In this document: piece by piece, positions 61,736 through 64,000 of the stretch
Numbering within the stretch: the first letter of the stretch is position 1
How the letters are laid out: every line of letters starts with the position of its first letter
Assembly (NCBI GenBank): GCA_048013815.1
Contig: CM106585.1
Span: forward strand, 13,144,001 to 13,208,000
Direction of reading: 5' to 3'
Source: Setoptus koraiensis
Taxonomy: Eukaryota > Animalia > Arthropoda
DNA length: 64,000 nucleotides
The notes under the pieces: generated by a model
The model's input: the letters and a program-made list of their open reading frames with translations, nothing else
What the model was told of the DNA's origin: nothing
The model's database searches: none
Made by a program: the position numbers and the translations under genes

Positions 61736-62924
61736 GTGCGGCGCGGCGGCGCGGCCTGGCAAATCGGCCCGGCGAGGCCGCCGCCCAGTCGAGTTGGCAG
61801 CTCGGATGCTGCCAATGTCGCCATGGCAACCCGGCTCGCCAGCCGCAGACAGCGCCGCGGCGCTGCGTGGCGCTGCGATCCGACGCCGATACGACGCCAA
61901 AACGACGGCGATCCGACGCCAAAACGACGGCGATCCGACGGCGATGCCACTGCAGTGTCTGCTAGCCACGACGGGCGCAACGTATATCGGGCACATTATG
62001 TAATTAAAATCAATAGTCAATTAGATGAAATCTCATTAAGTTGCGACGGCGCTGACGACACCGGGCCAGATATTGATATACGGATATTTGTGGCTTATAA
62101 TACATGGAGTGGCGCGCAGTTTGCCGCAGCCCGGCCGCAAAAACTGGCTCGGCAAGCCGACTGAAACAGTAGGCAGCGGCAGCATAAATATAAGCATAAA
62201 TATAAGGATATAAGCACAGATACGAGTTGTGAGCGGAGGATAAGTGCAAATGCGCGGATAAGCGCAAATGCGAGCCTCTGACTGAGAGCCTCCGAGAATA
62301 AATATAAGCATAAATATAAGCGGCCCAGCCTGCCTATTTAAATGGCTGCAGCGGCGTGTATAAATAGCCTGGGCGCTGTATTAGCATTGGTGCTGTTGCG
62401 TATTAACATTATTATTATCATAATAATAATCATCATCATGATAACGATGTATGTAATGTGTCTCTTGTGTGACACTGTCAATGGGTGCCATTATTTTATT
62501 GCCCGGCCGCTGTCGCTGTCGCTGTTGTTGGCATTATCGTGCCATGTATTATTATCATTATTATTATTATTATTATTATTGTTGTGTACCGATAATCGTA
62601 ATAATCTCGTCATATATATGCCATTAGTTAATTACGACAGCGACACTCGGGCTGCCAGCGCTGCCATTCAGGCGCTCATTCATAATATGAATATCACTCG
62701 AATCATATGCGCTTAGGTGGCGCTGTGAGCTTGCCAATTTATACATTGTTTATATGTTGTGTGTCGTATGGCCAATTGGCCATTGTCAAATGGACAATTG
62801 TTGTTGTCCATTGCGGCCTGTAAGCCAACAACGACACCAGACGACAACAACACCAGACAACAACCGACCGCCGCAGTCTGACAGTCACAGTGCCACTGCG
62901 AGCTGCGCAATTTGCACCCGACAC

Positions 62925-62954
62925 TCACAAACTGTGCAATCGCACAGTTTGTGA
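62925..62954. repeat. Perfect 13-bp inverted repeat with a 4-nt loop
   Basis: tcacaaactgtgc-aatc-gcacagtttgtga. Confidence 0.95.
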
Positions 62955-63845
62955 CACACACAAAAGTTTGCTCGCACTGTCGCAAATTGTTACATAGACA
63001 ATTTGCGCACTGTCCCTCTTTTTATGCACGAAATTGGGCCCCACTGCGACCCCAGTTCGCACTTTGGGCATGCATAAGTTGTGCGCGGCATGCGAGTCGG
63101 GCGTCGCGCTGGCCGGTGGCGGTTGCTGCGCTAATTTTTTAATCTGTCTACTTTGTCACAAACTGTGCGAAATGTGTTTCGTAATGAAAGTGCGCCAGCG
63201 TCGATATCGACTCGGCAGTCGACGAAGCCGAGACGTCGATTAAAAGCGCCACGATCTTGCGAGAGCTGGCGGGACAGTTGGTTGTTAAGGCAGCGTTCGC
63301 AGGCAGAAGCGAGGGGCCCGCGCGAATCATCATCCATCATGTTGCTCTCATAGCGCACACAAGCAAACAAACACGGTCTCGCCGACAGAGTGCGCCCAAG
63401 TTACGTATTTGCGCGTAAACTGTGCTGCCTACACACTGTGCAGTGAGCGCGCTGCAGCCACTGGAGGCCGGATAAAAAGGCGAATGAAAAGTTATGTAAT
63501 CGGTGTGTTTGCCAGCTATCACCGCCATCTACAAATAAAACACAAGAGCTCTCGACAAACTGTTTGGCACACAGTGTGTCTTATGGAGTGTCGAGTCGAG
63601 TGAGCGCGACGATCGGGCGCGCACAAACAAACAAACTCGAGCGTTTATTGCTCGCCAGCTAACTAACCGACCGGCCTCGCTGGCTGACGATTGCGCGGCC
63701 GTTGTGCTACGATCGCGGATCGTCGCACAATGGCCGAGCTCGCCCCCGTCGGCCGAGGCTCGGGGGCTCTCGTTGCTCTCGTTGCTCTCGTTGCGCTCGT
63801 TGCGCTCGGGCCTTCGCGCTGCGCCCTCCGCGCCCCTGCCCGAGC

Positions 63846-63925
63846 GCAACGAGAGCGCAAAACAGCGCAAAACAGCGCAAAACAGCGCAAAACGGAGCAA
63901 AACGGAGCAAAACGGAGCAAAACAA
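63846..63925. repeat. 10-bp array gcaaaacagc/gcaaaacgga
   Basis: Directly visible. Confidence 0.9.
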
Positions 63926-64000
63926 GGGGCCCCGCGACGAACAAATGGATGGCATGTCAGTTCGGGGCCCAGGTATGTTGCTGGCGACGAGACGGCATGT

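Overview
This is eukaryotic genomic DNA, not prokaryotic. It is arthropod, most likely chelicerate (mite/tick-like), judged from the receptor motif YWRIYVEATRQEK as I recall it. Only one intact gene is supportable: a single-exon, minus-strand beta-adrenergic-like octopamine receptor (Octbeta2R type, 33122-38803). Its 7TM core is preceded by about 1,300 in-frame codons of low-complexity N-terminus containing an extra 21-aa hydrophobic helix. The other ~58 kb is non-coding. It is full of CAA/GTT-type triplet tracts, short local tandem duplications and an excess of perfect, mutually unrelated 30-55 nt hairpins. It also has a marked excess of RTTAYGTAAY (PAR-bZIP) sites. The transposon content is one intact hAT MITE (17-bp TIR, 8-bp TSD) beside an older relative, a 1.65-kb TIR element with a 5-bp TSD and decayed Transib/RAG1-like peptide traces, several decayed hAT C-terminal dimerisation-domain fragments, a decayed mariner transposase and a LINE endonuclease fragment. 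Fossil assignments were made by eye against remembered consensus motifs and need profile searches. Amino-acid numbers follow the supplied ORF track (TTG at 38854 = residue 1).
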